The notes: a model not told the origin generated them from the sequence alone. Numbered from the stretch's first letter, positions 45,275-53,393 are shown. The stretch is 64,000 bases of DNA from an uncultured Bacteroidales bacterium (GCA_900315245.1 OMYJ01000007.1:93256-157255), one strand, 5' to 3'. Translations and numbers: made by a program.

Positions 45275-47035
45275 TTACAGTTTTACCACCGCATTGTAAA
45301 ACTCGATACAGGATTCCTTGATCTGGTCGGTGTTGGTGCGGTAGTCACCCTCCAGTTGCGCTTCCCATTTGTGGAGGTTTTGATTTTTCTTCCCCAAATG
45401 ATAGTTGAAATGGTATTTGGCTAAGTCGCCACCAGCCATAACGTTTATCTTTTCCACCATATCCGGGTTTTCTGTTTGAATCTGCAACGTGAAGGAATTG
45501 TCTTTGGGCGAGCAGCGGAATTCCGCCTTTAAGTTGTTGCGTTCGTAAATCCTGCCGTAGGTCTTGCCTTTTACCGCCCTTATGCTCGGAATGGAGGGTT
45601 TCAAGTCGGCCACGAAATGCTCAAAGAAACTCATTATTTCAAGGGCGGCCTGGCTCTTGCCCCTCTTCGGAGCCGTGTCGAACGCCTTGAGGTTGGTGAC
45701 CGCCGACAGGGCGATGACCGATTCCACGATGTCGCCCAATTTGTCGTCATTGCCGATGATTTCGGCGATTTTGTTGAGCAGTCTCGACACTTGGAAGGCG
45801 CGTATGCTCAGATAGGTCTCCTTTTGACACATCCGGAACAACACTTTCTCCCACTCCTCGTCGAACTCTGTGGCAGCGTTCAGGCTCTCCTTCTCATCTT
45901 CGGTCAGATGGCGCAGTTTCAGCTTCGCGGCAGTGCCATCGTTCCAATTCTTGAAATCGGGTTCTTCCGTCAGCTGGTTATACACGTACGGATAGGCGAT
46001 CTGCATACAGACCAACGCGAAATTGATCAGTTTGGCCTGTGTGGCATTGGTGTCATTCACCTCGTCATCGTCATCCCCTTCGTTGATGATGGAGATGAGC
46101 GACAGGGTGTTGCTCAGGCGTTTCAACGAGCGCGGGTTGCTTCCGACCGACAGGCGGGCAATCTCACTGAGGTTTTCGGCCAGAGACTCGTTTTCCAATT
46201 CCTTTGGTGAAAAAAATTCGATTTTCTGGAGGGCATCCACCAGGAAGGTGTCAACGTTGTAGGAGGCCACGGGCATCGAGAAGGGCAGTTGGATGATCTT
46301 GTCGAAGAATGCGCGGAACTCGCGCTCGTTCTTGTCGGTCAGCTCGCCGAATTTGGATCTCAGGCCCTTGATGACCACGTCGTAGTCTATGGCGAGGATG
46401 AACACGCACTTGTCGAGGTCGAAGATGTTCTTCATCAGTTCCAGAATCTCCACGGCGACAGGCGGGTCGATGCGGTCGAGGTCGTCAATGTAGAAAGTGA
46501 AGCCGATTTTCGACGGGTTCATCTTGAGGGCCTCCTCGATGAGTTTGGCGATTTCATTTTTCAGCTGGAGGATATCGGACTCAGCGCTTTCGCCGCCGAA
46601 CAGTTCGTCCACCACATCTCCGTCCACGCCCACGGTGCTGGCCGCCACCTTGGCGCCCACCGAGGCCATTTTCTTGAAGATGCCGCCAATTTTCTTCTTG
46701 CTCTCGTTCCATTTGTGGTCGGGATTGATTTCGCCGATTTGGTTTATACACCCTTCGAGGATGCTCATAATGGCCTGCGGTGGCGTTTTCATCAGCGAAT
46801 ACTGCCACGTGTTGACCCATACGGGGAAATAGGGTGCTCCCTCTTTGTCACACAGCTCATAGCGGAGCTGGTTCATCAGCGAGGTCTTTCCGCTGCCCCA
46901 CTCGCCTTGCAGGGCGATGGTGATGGGCGTGTTGGTGAGCCGGATGAACTTGACTAGCGCGTTCTGGTATTTTTGGATTCCGAACAAATCTGCCTCCGAA
47001 TATTTGCGAGGCACATCAATGATGCTGGATTTCAT
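45275..47035 (-). CDS. KAP-family P-loop NTPase
   Basis: Walker A LQGEWGSGKTSLMNQL. YIDDLDR Walker B/KAP signature. 586 aa. Confidence 0.85.
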   Translation of the reverse strand: MKSSIIDVPRKYSEADLFGIQKYQNALVKFIRLTNTPITIALQGEWGSGKTSLMNQLRYELCDKEGAPYFPVWVNTWQYSLMKTPPQAIMSILEGCINQIGEINPDHKWNESKKKIGGIFKKMASVGAKVAASTVGVDGDVVDELFGGESAESDILQLKNEIAKLIEEALKMNPSKIGFTFYIDDLDRIDPPVAVEILELMKNIFDLDKCVFILAIDYDVVIKGLRSKFGELTDKNEREFRAFFDKIIQLPFSMPVASYNVDTFLVDALQKIEFFSPKELENESLAENLSEIARLSVGSNPRSLKRLSNTLSLISIINEGDDDDEVNDTNATQAKLINFALVCMQIAYPYVYNQLTEEPDFKNWNDGTAAKLKLRHLTEDEKESLNAATEFDEEWEKVLFRMCQKETYLSIRAFQVSRLLNKIAEIIGNDDKLGDIVESVIALSAVTNLKAFDTAPKRGKSQAALEIMSFFEHFVADLKPSIPSIRAVKGKTYGRIYERNNLKAEFRCSPKDNSFTLQIQTENPDMVEKINVMAGGDLAKYHFNYHLGKKNQNLHKWEAQLEGDYRTNTDQIKESCIEFYNAVVKL

Positions 47036-47112
47036 AAGTGTTCTAAGGTGTTTAAATTATTGTTTCCCAAAGTCCGTTTTGTTAATGAGTTGACCGATTT
47101 TGCGACGCCCAG

Positions 47113-47355
47113 TTACTTCTCCCGCTTCAATGCCTCCTTGGCGTTTTCGATGTTGCGCTTGATGGACTCGATGTTGCGGTCGTGGGAGGCCGCATGGTCG
47201 ATCTTGGATTTGCGGTAGGAAGCCTTTGAGGAGGGCGAGGACGCGCTCTTGATCAGGCTCGCATAGCGTTCGTTGTCTCTTTTCTTGGCCTCGCGCTCGC
47301 GTTCCAGCTGCGCCCGCAGGTCGATGATTTTCTTTTTGTAGTACTCTTTGCTCAT
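47113..47355 (-). CDS. 80-aa charged coiled-coil protein
   Basis: Lys/Glu/Arg-rich heptad-like sequence on the same strand as its neighbours. Confidence 0.45.
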   Translation of the reverse strand: MSKEYYKKKIIDLRAQLEREREAKKRDNERYASLIKSASSPSSKASYRKSKIDHAASHDRNIESIKRNIENAKEALKREK

Positions 47356-47377
47356 AATTCTTTATTACTGTTGTTTC

Positions 47378-47417
47378 GCCTACTCTTTTCCGGATTTTTG
47401 GCGGGCTCCGTGGTAGG
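47378..47417 (+). repeat. Conserved intercistronic motif, copy 1
   Basis: GCCTACTCTTTTCCGGATTTTTGGCGGGCTCCGTGGTAGG. Compare 49961..50000 and 50900..50935. Confidence 0.8.
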
Positions 47418-47422
47418 AATTG

Positions 47423-49043
47423 TTATTTCTCGTAATTCTTTCGTGCCATTTCCAAGATGGTGAGCGCGGCCTTCGTCTGCTCAGTGGTCGGGGCTTTGTC
47501 CACCGGGAACTTGAAGGTGTGGTAGCTGACATTGCGTGAGGTGACCTTGTGCTCGAAGTTCGGAAGCGCTTTGCCAATCTTTTCAATCGCCACCGAATCC
47601 TCCATACCCCAGGCATTGACAACGAGAGCCTTGGGCTGTGGGGCAAAGGTGACGAAGTTCTTGGCCTTGCCATTCTGCGAAAAGCCGATGTAGCTTTTGC
47701 TGTCGTAGTTCACTTGGTAGGTGCCGTCTTGTACGTATGGCATCCCCGCAACGAGCCTGTCCAAAATCTGCAGCGCAGGTTTCACATCCTTCACCATGTT
47801 CTCCCAAACATCGCGGCCGGGAGCGGTCGAGCTGGCAGACTTTGCGGTTTGTTTCACTTCTTTGGGCGTCTCTTTTTCTTTCTTGGGTTCTTCTATTTTC
47901 TCGACAACTTTCTTCTCTGCCTTTGGTGTTTCTTTCTCTTTTTTTTGGTGCGTTTTTCTGCTGAGCCTCGTAAATGCGAGCATCCAGCAGCAGCTCGAAC
48001 TCATCGGTGTCGCCGCCGGCTTCTTTTACCTTTTTGATGAGGATGGCACGCTCTTTGTCGGTGACCACACCATCCACTAGGGCGGCTTGGATGAGTTTCT
48101 CCAGGTCAATGGAGGCTCCTTTGGCCGGGACTGTTTCCTTTTTCTTTTCCTTGGTTACTTTTTCCGCTGCCGGTTTCGGAGCTTTCTTTTTGCCCAGGTA
48201 GTTGATTTTTACACGATTGGTGAATGCGGTAGGGTGAATGACCACCTCTCCCTCCTCGTTCAAGATGTTAGCGATCTCAAGACCACATAACTGATCTCCA
48301 TTATCACCAAAGGCATCGTTGGCAACTGCAGTGACAGAATCGGGTATTGTGATTTCTTTTAATGAAGAACAGCCCTTGAAAACAGAGGAATTAATAAAAA
48401 TGACAGAATCGGGTATTGTGATTTCTTTTAATGAAGAACAGTCGGAGAAAGCATCGGGACCAATGGAAGTGACGGAATCGGGTATTGTGATTTCTTTTAA
48501 TGAAGAACAACGCTCGAAAGCAGAATCACCAATTTCAGTGACAGAATCGGGTATTGTGATTTCTTTTAATGAAGAACAGCCCAAGAAAGTACCGTAACGA
48601 ATGGAAGTGACAGAATCGGGTATTGTGATTTCTTTTAATGAAGAACAGCCCAAGAAAGCACAGCAATCAATGAGAGTGACAGAATCGGGAATTGTGATGG
48701 TTTCCAACGAGGAAGGAAAACGACAAGAAATTTTTTTGATTGTTTTAGGCAACACCACTTCTCTAGTTTGTGAATTAAAAATCTGCTCATACACTTTCGA
48801 GCTTCCTTTTTTTCTTTTATCAAAATATATCTCGGCTTCTTTGTATCTATCCAGAGCGGTGACTGTATATTCCACTCCGTTATATCTGACTCTTATAGGG
48901 ATGACGCACCTCTCAGAAGAATTTGTAGCATGTATTAGCGCCACCTCTTTTTGGGATTCATCTATGATTTTATAATAGAAACCGTAGAATTCAAAGGATG
49001 TTTTTTCGTCAGTACTGGTAATTTTTGTGTAATAATCTGCCAT
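47423..49043 (-). pseudogene. BspA-type LRR + TerB-like helical module + unknown C-domain protein, split by a frameshift in an A8 tract
   Basis: Track ORFs 47583..49043 and 47423..48004 overlap. Removing one A from the A8 run (47939..47946) joins ...YEAQQKNAPKK to EKETPKAEKK.... Six LRRs of consensus SLKEITIPDSVT. No signal peptide. Confidence 0.7.
48333..48720 (-). repeat. Six 69-bp tandem units encoding the LRRs of the frameshifted gene
   Basis: Units start at 48333, 48402, 48471, 48540, 48609 and 48678. A ~41-nt block (GACAGAATCGGGTATTGTGATTTCTTTTAATGAAGAACA) is invariant and ~28 nt are variable. Confidence 0.9.
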
Positions 49044-49091
49044 ATTTTTAAATTTATTTGTTTAGTCGTTATTGTTGTTGTTTCAAAAATG

Positions 49092-49931
49092 TCATATTTT
49101 TTTGCTTGCCGGATAAATCTGCGTATCTTTCTTGTCGTTACATCTTAAAATATCCTTATGGTTATGTCGCAAATAGTTTCTGACCATCCATATCAAGTTG
49201 TCCTTACTGCCGTTGTCCAATGCACGTTGTCCAGAAAGCATAGAGGAGAAGTACATCTGGGCCTTGAAACCCTTTGTGGAAAAGGTGTAGCCTCCGAGTT
49301 GGTCGTTTTGGGTCAAGCTATACTTGGCATTCTTGTAGAAATTGTCGTATTTGGGTTGGTCGAGTTTCAAGAGATCCCTACATAACATTTTGCAAGCAAG
49401 AGCATTGGCAACAATAATGACTTTTGGCTGAGTCAGTATCAAATACTTCAAAAAAAGTTCAAACATCTCCTTGTAATAGTCTGGGTTTTCCAGAAAATCC
49501 TCTCTTACGACAGACTGGTTGCTCTGCACGATACCGAAAAGATCCAATTCTGAAAAACTATTCGTACAACCTAAACATTTTTCCGCAAACTCCCCCATCT
49601 CTCTATAGTACGGGCTGTCCCCACCATAGGCAAACACATCTTCTTTGTTGCGGGAATAGCTTTTCTTGTCAGTTCCGGAAGGATTCATGCCGACAAACAG
49701 GAGAGGAGCTCCCTCGCAAAGCCGGTCGCTTATTTCAATGCAGGGAATCTCATCCGGTTTGTCACCGCTATTTTTCTTCTCAGAATACTTGCACTTGTCG
49801 CGTTCAAGAACCCATTCTTCCGTCTTGTTGTCAAGTCTTATCTTGCGGTTGCAGAATCTTTCTCTAAAACTTGGAACATTCCATAGCGCGACGTATTCTT
49901 CTTTCAACTGCGTTGTCAATGGGCTTATCAT
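49092..49931 (-). CDS. Uracil-DNA-glycosylase-superfamily-like protein (Mug/TDG-like motifs; tentative)
   Basis: PLLFVGMNPSGTD resembles the Mug motif LFVGINPG. FSSMLSGQRAL resembles the PNPSGLS second motif. From memory only. Confidence 0.35.
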   Translation of the reverse strand: MISPLTTQLKEEYVALWNVPSFRERFCNRKIRLDNKTEEWVLERDKCKYSEKKNSGDKPDEIPCIEISDRLCEGAPLLFVGMNPSGTDKKSYSRNKEDVFAYGGDSPYYREMGEFAEKCLGCTNSFSELDLFGIVQSNQSVVREDFLENPDYYKEMFELFLKYLILTQPKVIIVANALACKMLCRDLLKLDQPKYDNFYKNAKYSLTQNDQLGGYTFSTKGFKAQMYFSSMLSGQRALDNGSKDNLIWMVRNYLRHNHKDILRCNDKKDTQIYPASKKI

Positions 49932-49960
49932 TGTTTTTTTGACAAAGGATAAATAGTAAT

Positions 49961-50000
49961 GCCTACTCTTTTTCGGATTTTCGGCGGACTCCGTGATAGC
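49961..50000 (+). repeat. Conserved intercistronic motif, copy 2
   Basis: GCCTACTCTTTTTCGGATTTTCGGCGGACTCCGTGATAGC. Confidence 0.8.
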
Positions 50001-50138
50001 GTTTTATTCAGCTCAAGCTCCATTCCGTTGGAGTCTCTGCTTGATTAATCCGTTCGGTGGAAAGGCGGTTCGTGAAAGTCTAGTTCAAAAAAAGATGACT
50101 ATCTGGCAAAACTGTCAGATAGTCATCAATAATTATGG

Positions 50139-50876
50139 TTAGTTATTTCCAGCGTCTTTCAACATGGAGCTGTCGTTGGAAAGTTTGCTGTCATCCGAGC
50201 GGGCCACCTGGACATTGATGCCGAAAATGGATTTCATCTTATATTCAAAGTCCATCACCTTCATTTCGTTGGTGGCCTCGAAACTACCCACTTGGGTGGC
50301 ATCACCGTCAATGCGAAGACCGGCGAGGTGTGCCTTCGGGTTCGCCTTTTTGCCGCTGGGTTCATAAACACGCAGGCAGGCATTGAAAGCATCTTTGAAT
50401 TCCTGCTGCAAGGTGTTCACCGTCATACGGCCGTCCACTTGGAAGGTGAAGCCGGCAAGATATTCCAACTCGTAGGAGCCGCGTTCAGTGCCTCCTTTGG
50501 TCTTTTCGAAGGAGGCAACCTCTATGCCGAGTCCCTTTGCGTGCTCCACTATGGTTGGGAAGTTGCTTTCTCCCCACATTATCTTGTAGAAGATAACTTC
50601 GGTGCCGTCTTCCAAGGTGAGATACCAGTGAATTTTTCTCCATTGGGCGACGTCTGCTTTCTCGCGATCGGTGCCGTTTGCCTCGACTCCATTCTCCAGT
50701 TCATTCAAATCAACGAGAAGTTTGTCAGTGCTTTTAGTCGAGGCGAACTTATCGCGCGGGAAAGCCTTGTTCAGGTCTTCCAATGTGGCGTAAGGATAAA
50801 TCTTCAAATAGGCATTAATTATGCCAAGGGCAGTCCACCCTTTTGCTTTTCCATAAACTAAAACTTTAGGTTCCAT
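50139..50876 (-). CDS. Hypothetical protein carrying module X at its C-terminus
   Basis: The C-terminal ~95 aa (VNTLQQEFKDAFNACLRVY...FEYKMKSIFGINVQVARSDD) are paralogous to 52040..52342 and 52388..52750. Confidence 0.55.
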   Translation of the reverse strand: MEPKVLVYGKAKGWTALGIINAYLKIYPYATLEDLNKAFPRDKFASTKSTDKLLVDLNELENGVEANGTDREKADVAQWRKIHWYLTLEDGTEVIFYKIMWGESNFPTIVEHAKGLGIEVASFEKTKGGTERGSYELEYLAGFTFQVDGRMTVNTLQQEFKDAFNACLRVYEPSGKKANPKAHLAGLRIDGDATQVGSFEATNEMKVMDFEYKMKSIFGINVQVARSDDSKLSNDSSMLKDAGNN

Positions 50877-50899
50877 AATAATATTGTTTTTGTTGTTTT

Positions 50900-50935
50900 G
50901 CCTACTCTTTTCCGGATTTTCGGCTTACTCTGGTT
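50900..50935 (+). repeat. Conserved intercistronic motif, copy 3
   Basis: GCCTACTCTTTTCCGGATTTTCGGCTTACTCTGGTT. Confidence 0.8.
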
Positions 50936-50975
50936 ACACTTATCTTCGGTGTTTTTATTCTACAGTTGTAATAGA

Positions 50976-51407
50976 TTATTCGAATAATTTTGTGATGTTG
51001 GATATCTTTTTTGCGAAGTCAGAGACATCATCCATCATTTTCATTGCGTCGTCCAATTCAGCCAAATCTTTCCGTTTCCGTTCTTCCTCCGTCAGGAAAG
51101 TCTTGTCGAAATCGTCATCGAATTCGAATTCGAAATAGTCGTCGTAGTTGGGTTTCCGGAAGAGGGATTTTTTAGCGCCTCGTTTTTTGGAGGTCACCAT
51201 AGCGTCCAACAACAGTCCGAACTCCTCGGCATCGAACCCTATTGCCACGGCTTTGCGTATCAGGATGCCCGCATCAAGTTCGGAGAGTTCGTCCTTCATC
51301 AGGGCGGAGCGTACGAGTGGGCGCAACGATTCAACCTGCGGCAACGGTGTTTTATCCCCGTTGCCGCCAGCTGAATGGTTGAAAATGTCAATATCGTTGG
51401 TGTTCAT
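50976..51407 (-). CDS. Hypothetical acidic protein with a TerB-like helical module
   Basis: ATG 51407 (MNTNDIDIF). LSELDAGILIRKAVAIGFDAEEFGLLLDAMV parallels VTDKERAILIKKVKEAGGDTDEFELLLDARI in the LRR gene. Confidence 0.5.
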   Translation of the reverse strand: MNTNDIDIFNHSAGGNGDKTPLPQVESLRPLVRSALMKDELSELDAGILIRKAVAIGFDAEEFGLLLDAMVTSKKRGAKKSLFRKPNYDDYFEFEFDDDFDKTFLTEEERKRKDLAELDDAMKMMDDVSDFAKKISNITKLFE

Positions 51408-51459
51408 TATAGTATGTGTCGTAAGGATTGGTATGAAAGATGTTGGGAATAGCGAGGCT

Positions 51460-51768
51460 TTACATTTCCTTTTCTTCAACAAGTTCCGTTAGAATACCTT
51501 TGGCATGTTCTGTGTCAATGCCAAGAATGCCGGCAAGGACAAAGAAATTGTTGATCTCTTCTTCTGCAAGGTAGGAATCGCATCCCATCAGTTGGAGGCA
51601 GAGGGCTAATATCCCGTCTTTTTCTTCGGGATTTACCTTTTTGGCGGCGTCGGTGAGCTTTTTAGTCAGTTCATCAGCAGATAGATTTGTGACATCTGCT
51701 ATACAAGCCTGAACATCGTCAACTAAGGTGTCTAGTTCGAGATTGGCTGCGATTTCTTGTGTCGCCAT
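51460..51768 (-). CDS. Small acidic helical protein (TerB-like, tentative)
   Basis: 102 aa. DGILALCLQLMGCDSYLAEEEINNFFVLAGILGID. Its start overlaps the stop of the upstream peptide ORF. Confidence 0.45.
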   Translation of the reverse strand: MATQEIAANLELDTLVDDVQACIADVTNLSADELTKKLTDAAKKVNPEEKDGILALCLQLMGCDSYLAEEEINNFFVLAGILGIDTEHAKGILTELVEEKEM

Positions 51769-51938
51769 TATTTACGTTTTTTCCTGCCTGTGAAAAGGTT
51801 GAGGATTCCCCTCCCGATTTTGCGTTCCAGGCCGCCTTTGGTGGTTGGTATGCGTGTCTTGCGGGCGATTTTGGTCTTGAGACCAGAGATGCCGATGGCC
51901 CGTTTTAAGGAAAATGAAAGACCACGTACACGAGACAT
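51768..51938 (-). CDS. 56-aa Arg/Lys-rich peptide
   Basis: MSRVRGLSFSLKRAIGISGLKTKIARKTRIPTTKGGLERKIGRGILNLFTGRKKRK. This is the distal part of track ORF 51768..52175. Its stop overlaps the next start (TAATG). Confidence 0.3.
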   Translation of the reverse strand: MSRVRGLSFSLKRAIGISGLKTKIARKTRIPTTKGGLERKIGRGILNLFTGRKKRK

Positions 51939-52039
51939 AATGTGATATTTTAGTGGTGGATTGGTGCTTTTTTGAATTAAACTCATAAAAGTTGTACGCT
52001 GTTGTGCCAGCGTACAACTTTGCGATTTAAAACGAAATA

Positions 52040-52342
52040 CTATCTGCCGGCGGCAGCGATAGTGATGTCGTTGTCGGCCAGTGCGCTGTCGTCCTTGGTG
52101 GCGACTTGCACGGTGACGCCGAACAGCTCTTTCATTTTGGTCTCGAAGTTGCCGACCTTGAGGTTTCCGGCGCATTTGAGTTCACCGCCCTTGGCGTCGC
52201 CCACGCGGATAGACGCGAGCGTGGCGTCATCGTCAGCGAATTGTTTGCCCTTGTAAACTCTCAGCGTTGCACCGAAAGCTTCTTTGAATTGTTTCTTCAG
52301 ACTTTTGACCGTCAAGCGGCCGCTAATGTTAAATTCTGCCAT
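52040..52342 (-). CDS. Hypothetical 100-aa protein consisting of module X
   Basis: LTVKSLKKQFKEAFGATLRVYKG...KVGNFETKMKELFGVTVQVATKDD. Confidence 0.55.
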   Translation of the reverse strand: MAEFNISGRLTVKSLKKQFKEAFGATLRVYKGKQFADDDATLASIRVGDAKGGELKCAGNLKVGNFETKMKELFGVTVQVATKDDSALADNDITIAAAGR

Positions 52343-52387
52343 AATGAATGTTTTTTTAGTGAATAATTGGGTTGAAAAAGGTTTCTG

Positions 52388-52750
52388 TTAATATTCGCCA
52401 CGAGCAGCCTGCCCGATGGTGATGTTGTTCGGCACACACTCCTTGCCGGCCTTGTCCTTGATTTGGACGGTTACGCCAAAAGCATCGTTAAACATTTTCT
52501 CTGCATCTCCCACCTTGGTGCTGCCCTTGAGTTTGATCTCTGCGTTAGCTTTTTTCACATTTTTGGAAGTGTGCTTGTCCAATTCCGCAAGCGTCATGTC
52601 GCCGTCCGCGATCATCGACCCTTTGTAGAAGACAAGTGTGCAGTCGAAATTTTTCTTGAATTCCGCTGAAATGGTTTTCAATTTCTTGTTCGGAGCGACC
52701 GTGAACTCCGCGTTGTTGAATCGGTCTTTGATGTTGTTGAGAATACCCAT
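52388..52750 (-). CDS. Hypothetical protein consisting of module X
   Basis: ATG 52750 (track start 52780 is a TTG). LKTISAEFKKNFDCTLVFYKG...KVGDAEKMFNDAFGVTVQIKDK. Confidence 0.55.
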   Translation of the reverse strand: MGILNNIKDRFNNAEFTVAPNKKLKTISAEFKKNFDCTLVFYKGSMIADGDMTLAELDKHTSKNVKKANAEIKLKGSTKVGDAEKMFNDAFGVTVQIKDKAGKECVPNNITIGQAARGEY

Positions 52751-53018
52751 AACAATTAAGTTTTGATTGTTTTTGATCAATGAATCAATACTGCAAGGGC
52801 TTCACTAACAGGCACGAAAAAAGGCGTGGCCTGTCTTTGTCGTCAAAGAGGTTCTAGCAAAACCCAAGCAGAAAACAAAAAACAATCCACGCCTGTTGCA
52901 GGCATGATCACTGTAATTGCTTTTCTGCTGTTGATTAAAATTTGCTAGATTTCTTTGACAAACAAAAAGCGATTGCACGATAACTAAAGAACGTCAGTTT
53001 TTCGAGGAAAACATGCTG

Positions 53019-53026
53019 CAAAAATA
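53019..53026 (-). promoter_or_regulatory. -7 box (TATTTTTG) ~265 nt upstream of 52388..52750
   Basis: TAnnTTTG match. It implies a long structured leader. Confidence 0.45.
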
Positions 53027-53027
53027 T

Positions 53028-53099
53028 AAAAAAATCATACACAAGCGTGAATTGTGTTTTTTTTCAAAGAACGACGTGAAATCCGTTGCCTGTGATTTC
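53028..53099 (-). ncRNA. Candidate ~70-nt small RNA or promoter-proximal attenuator
   Basis: -7 box at 53106..53113. 9-bp hairpin CGTGAAATC/GATTTCACG (53075..53102). Second hairpin ACACAA/TTGTGT (53039..53057) followed by a T-run on the minus strand. Confidence 0.25.
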
Positions 53100-53105
53100 A
53101 CGCCG

Positions 53106-53113
53106 CAAAGATA
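53106..53113 (-). promoter_or_regulatory. -7 box (TATCTTTG)
   Basis: Extended CCGCAAAGATAA context. Followed by two hairpins and a T-run. Confidence 0.45.
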
Positions 53114-53362
53114 ATATCTTGATTGATTGCCCGTTTGGTCCGAATTGGTCCGAATTAGGGTCGGCTGTTAGGGGTTGCTCTCGCAAGAGCCCCTATCATC
53201 ATCGCTTCATCGTTTCATCGCTTCATCGTTTCATCGTTTCGTCGCTTCATCGTCAAATTTTTCGCCAAATCACGACCTTAAAATTTACAATTAGAAATCG
53301 AATAGTTAACTGAATTTTTGTAAACAATTGACTCTCAGCGAGAAATAAATTACGCAAAACCC

Positions 53363-53393
53363 TTGACAAACGGGATGTTTTGTTGTACCTTTG
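53363..53393 (+). promoter_or_regulatory. Promoter for 53501..53950: TTG (53363..53365) and TACCTTTG (53386..53393)
   Basis: 20-nt spacing between the -33-like TTG and the -7 box. The ~100-nt leader contains the hairpin AGAGACGCGCCATGGCACGTCTCT. Confidence 0.55.

Larger units (their letters stand above)
45275..52780 (-). other. Ten-gene same-strand locus of uncharacterised paralogous small proteins plus a KAP NTPase
   Basis: Short intergenic gaps, shared protein modules and a shared intercistronic motif. Confidence 0.6.

Noticed and set aside
47583-47945. The C-terminal ~120 aa of track ORF 47583..49043 (RERNTKGREESCRENRR...)
   Set aside because: This is out-of-frame read-through after the A8 tract. 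The alternative frame (47423..48004) gives a plausible Lys/Glu linker and a folded domain.
51939-52175. The N-terminal 79 aa of track ORF 51768..52175, and overlapping ORF 51772..52017
   Set aside because: This part overlaps the 3' end of the well-supported module-X gene 52040..52342 on the same strand. Only the last 56 codons, from ATG 51938, are non-overlapping and translationally coupled to the next gene.
53171-53195. The hairpin AGGGGTTGCTCT-CGCA-AGAGCCCCT and the duplicated GGTCCGAATT motif as a possible ncRNA
   Set aside because: It is an isolated hairpin with no promoter box or terminator context on either strand. The evidence is insufficient.
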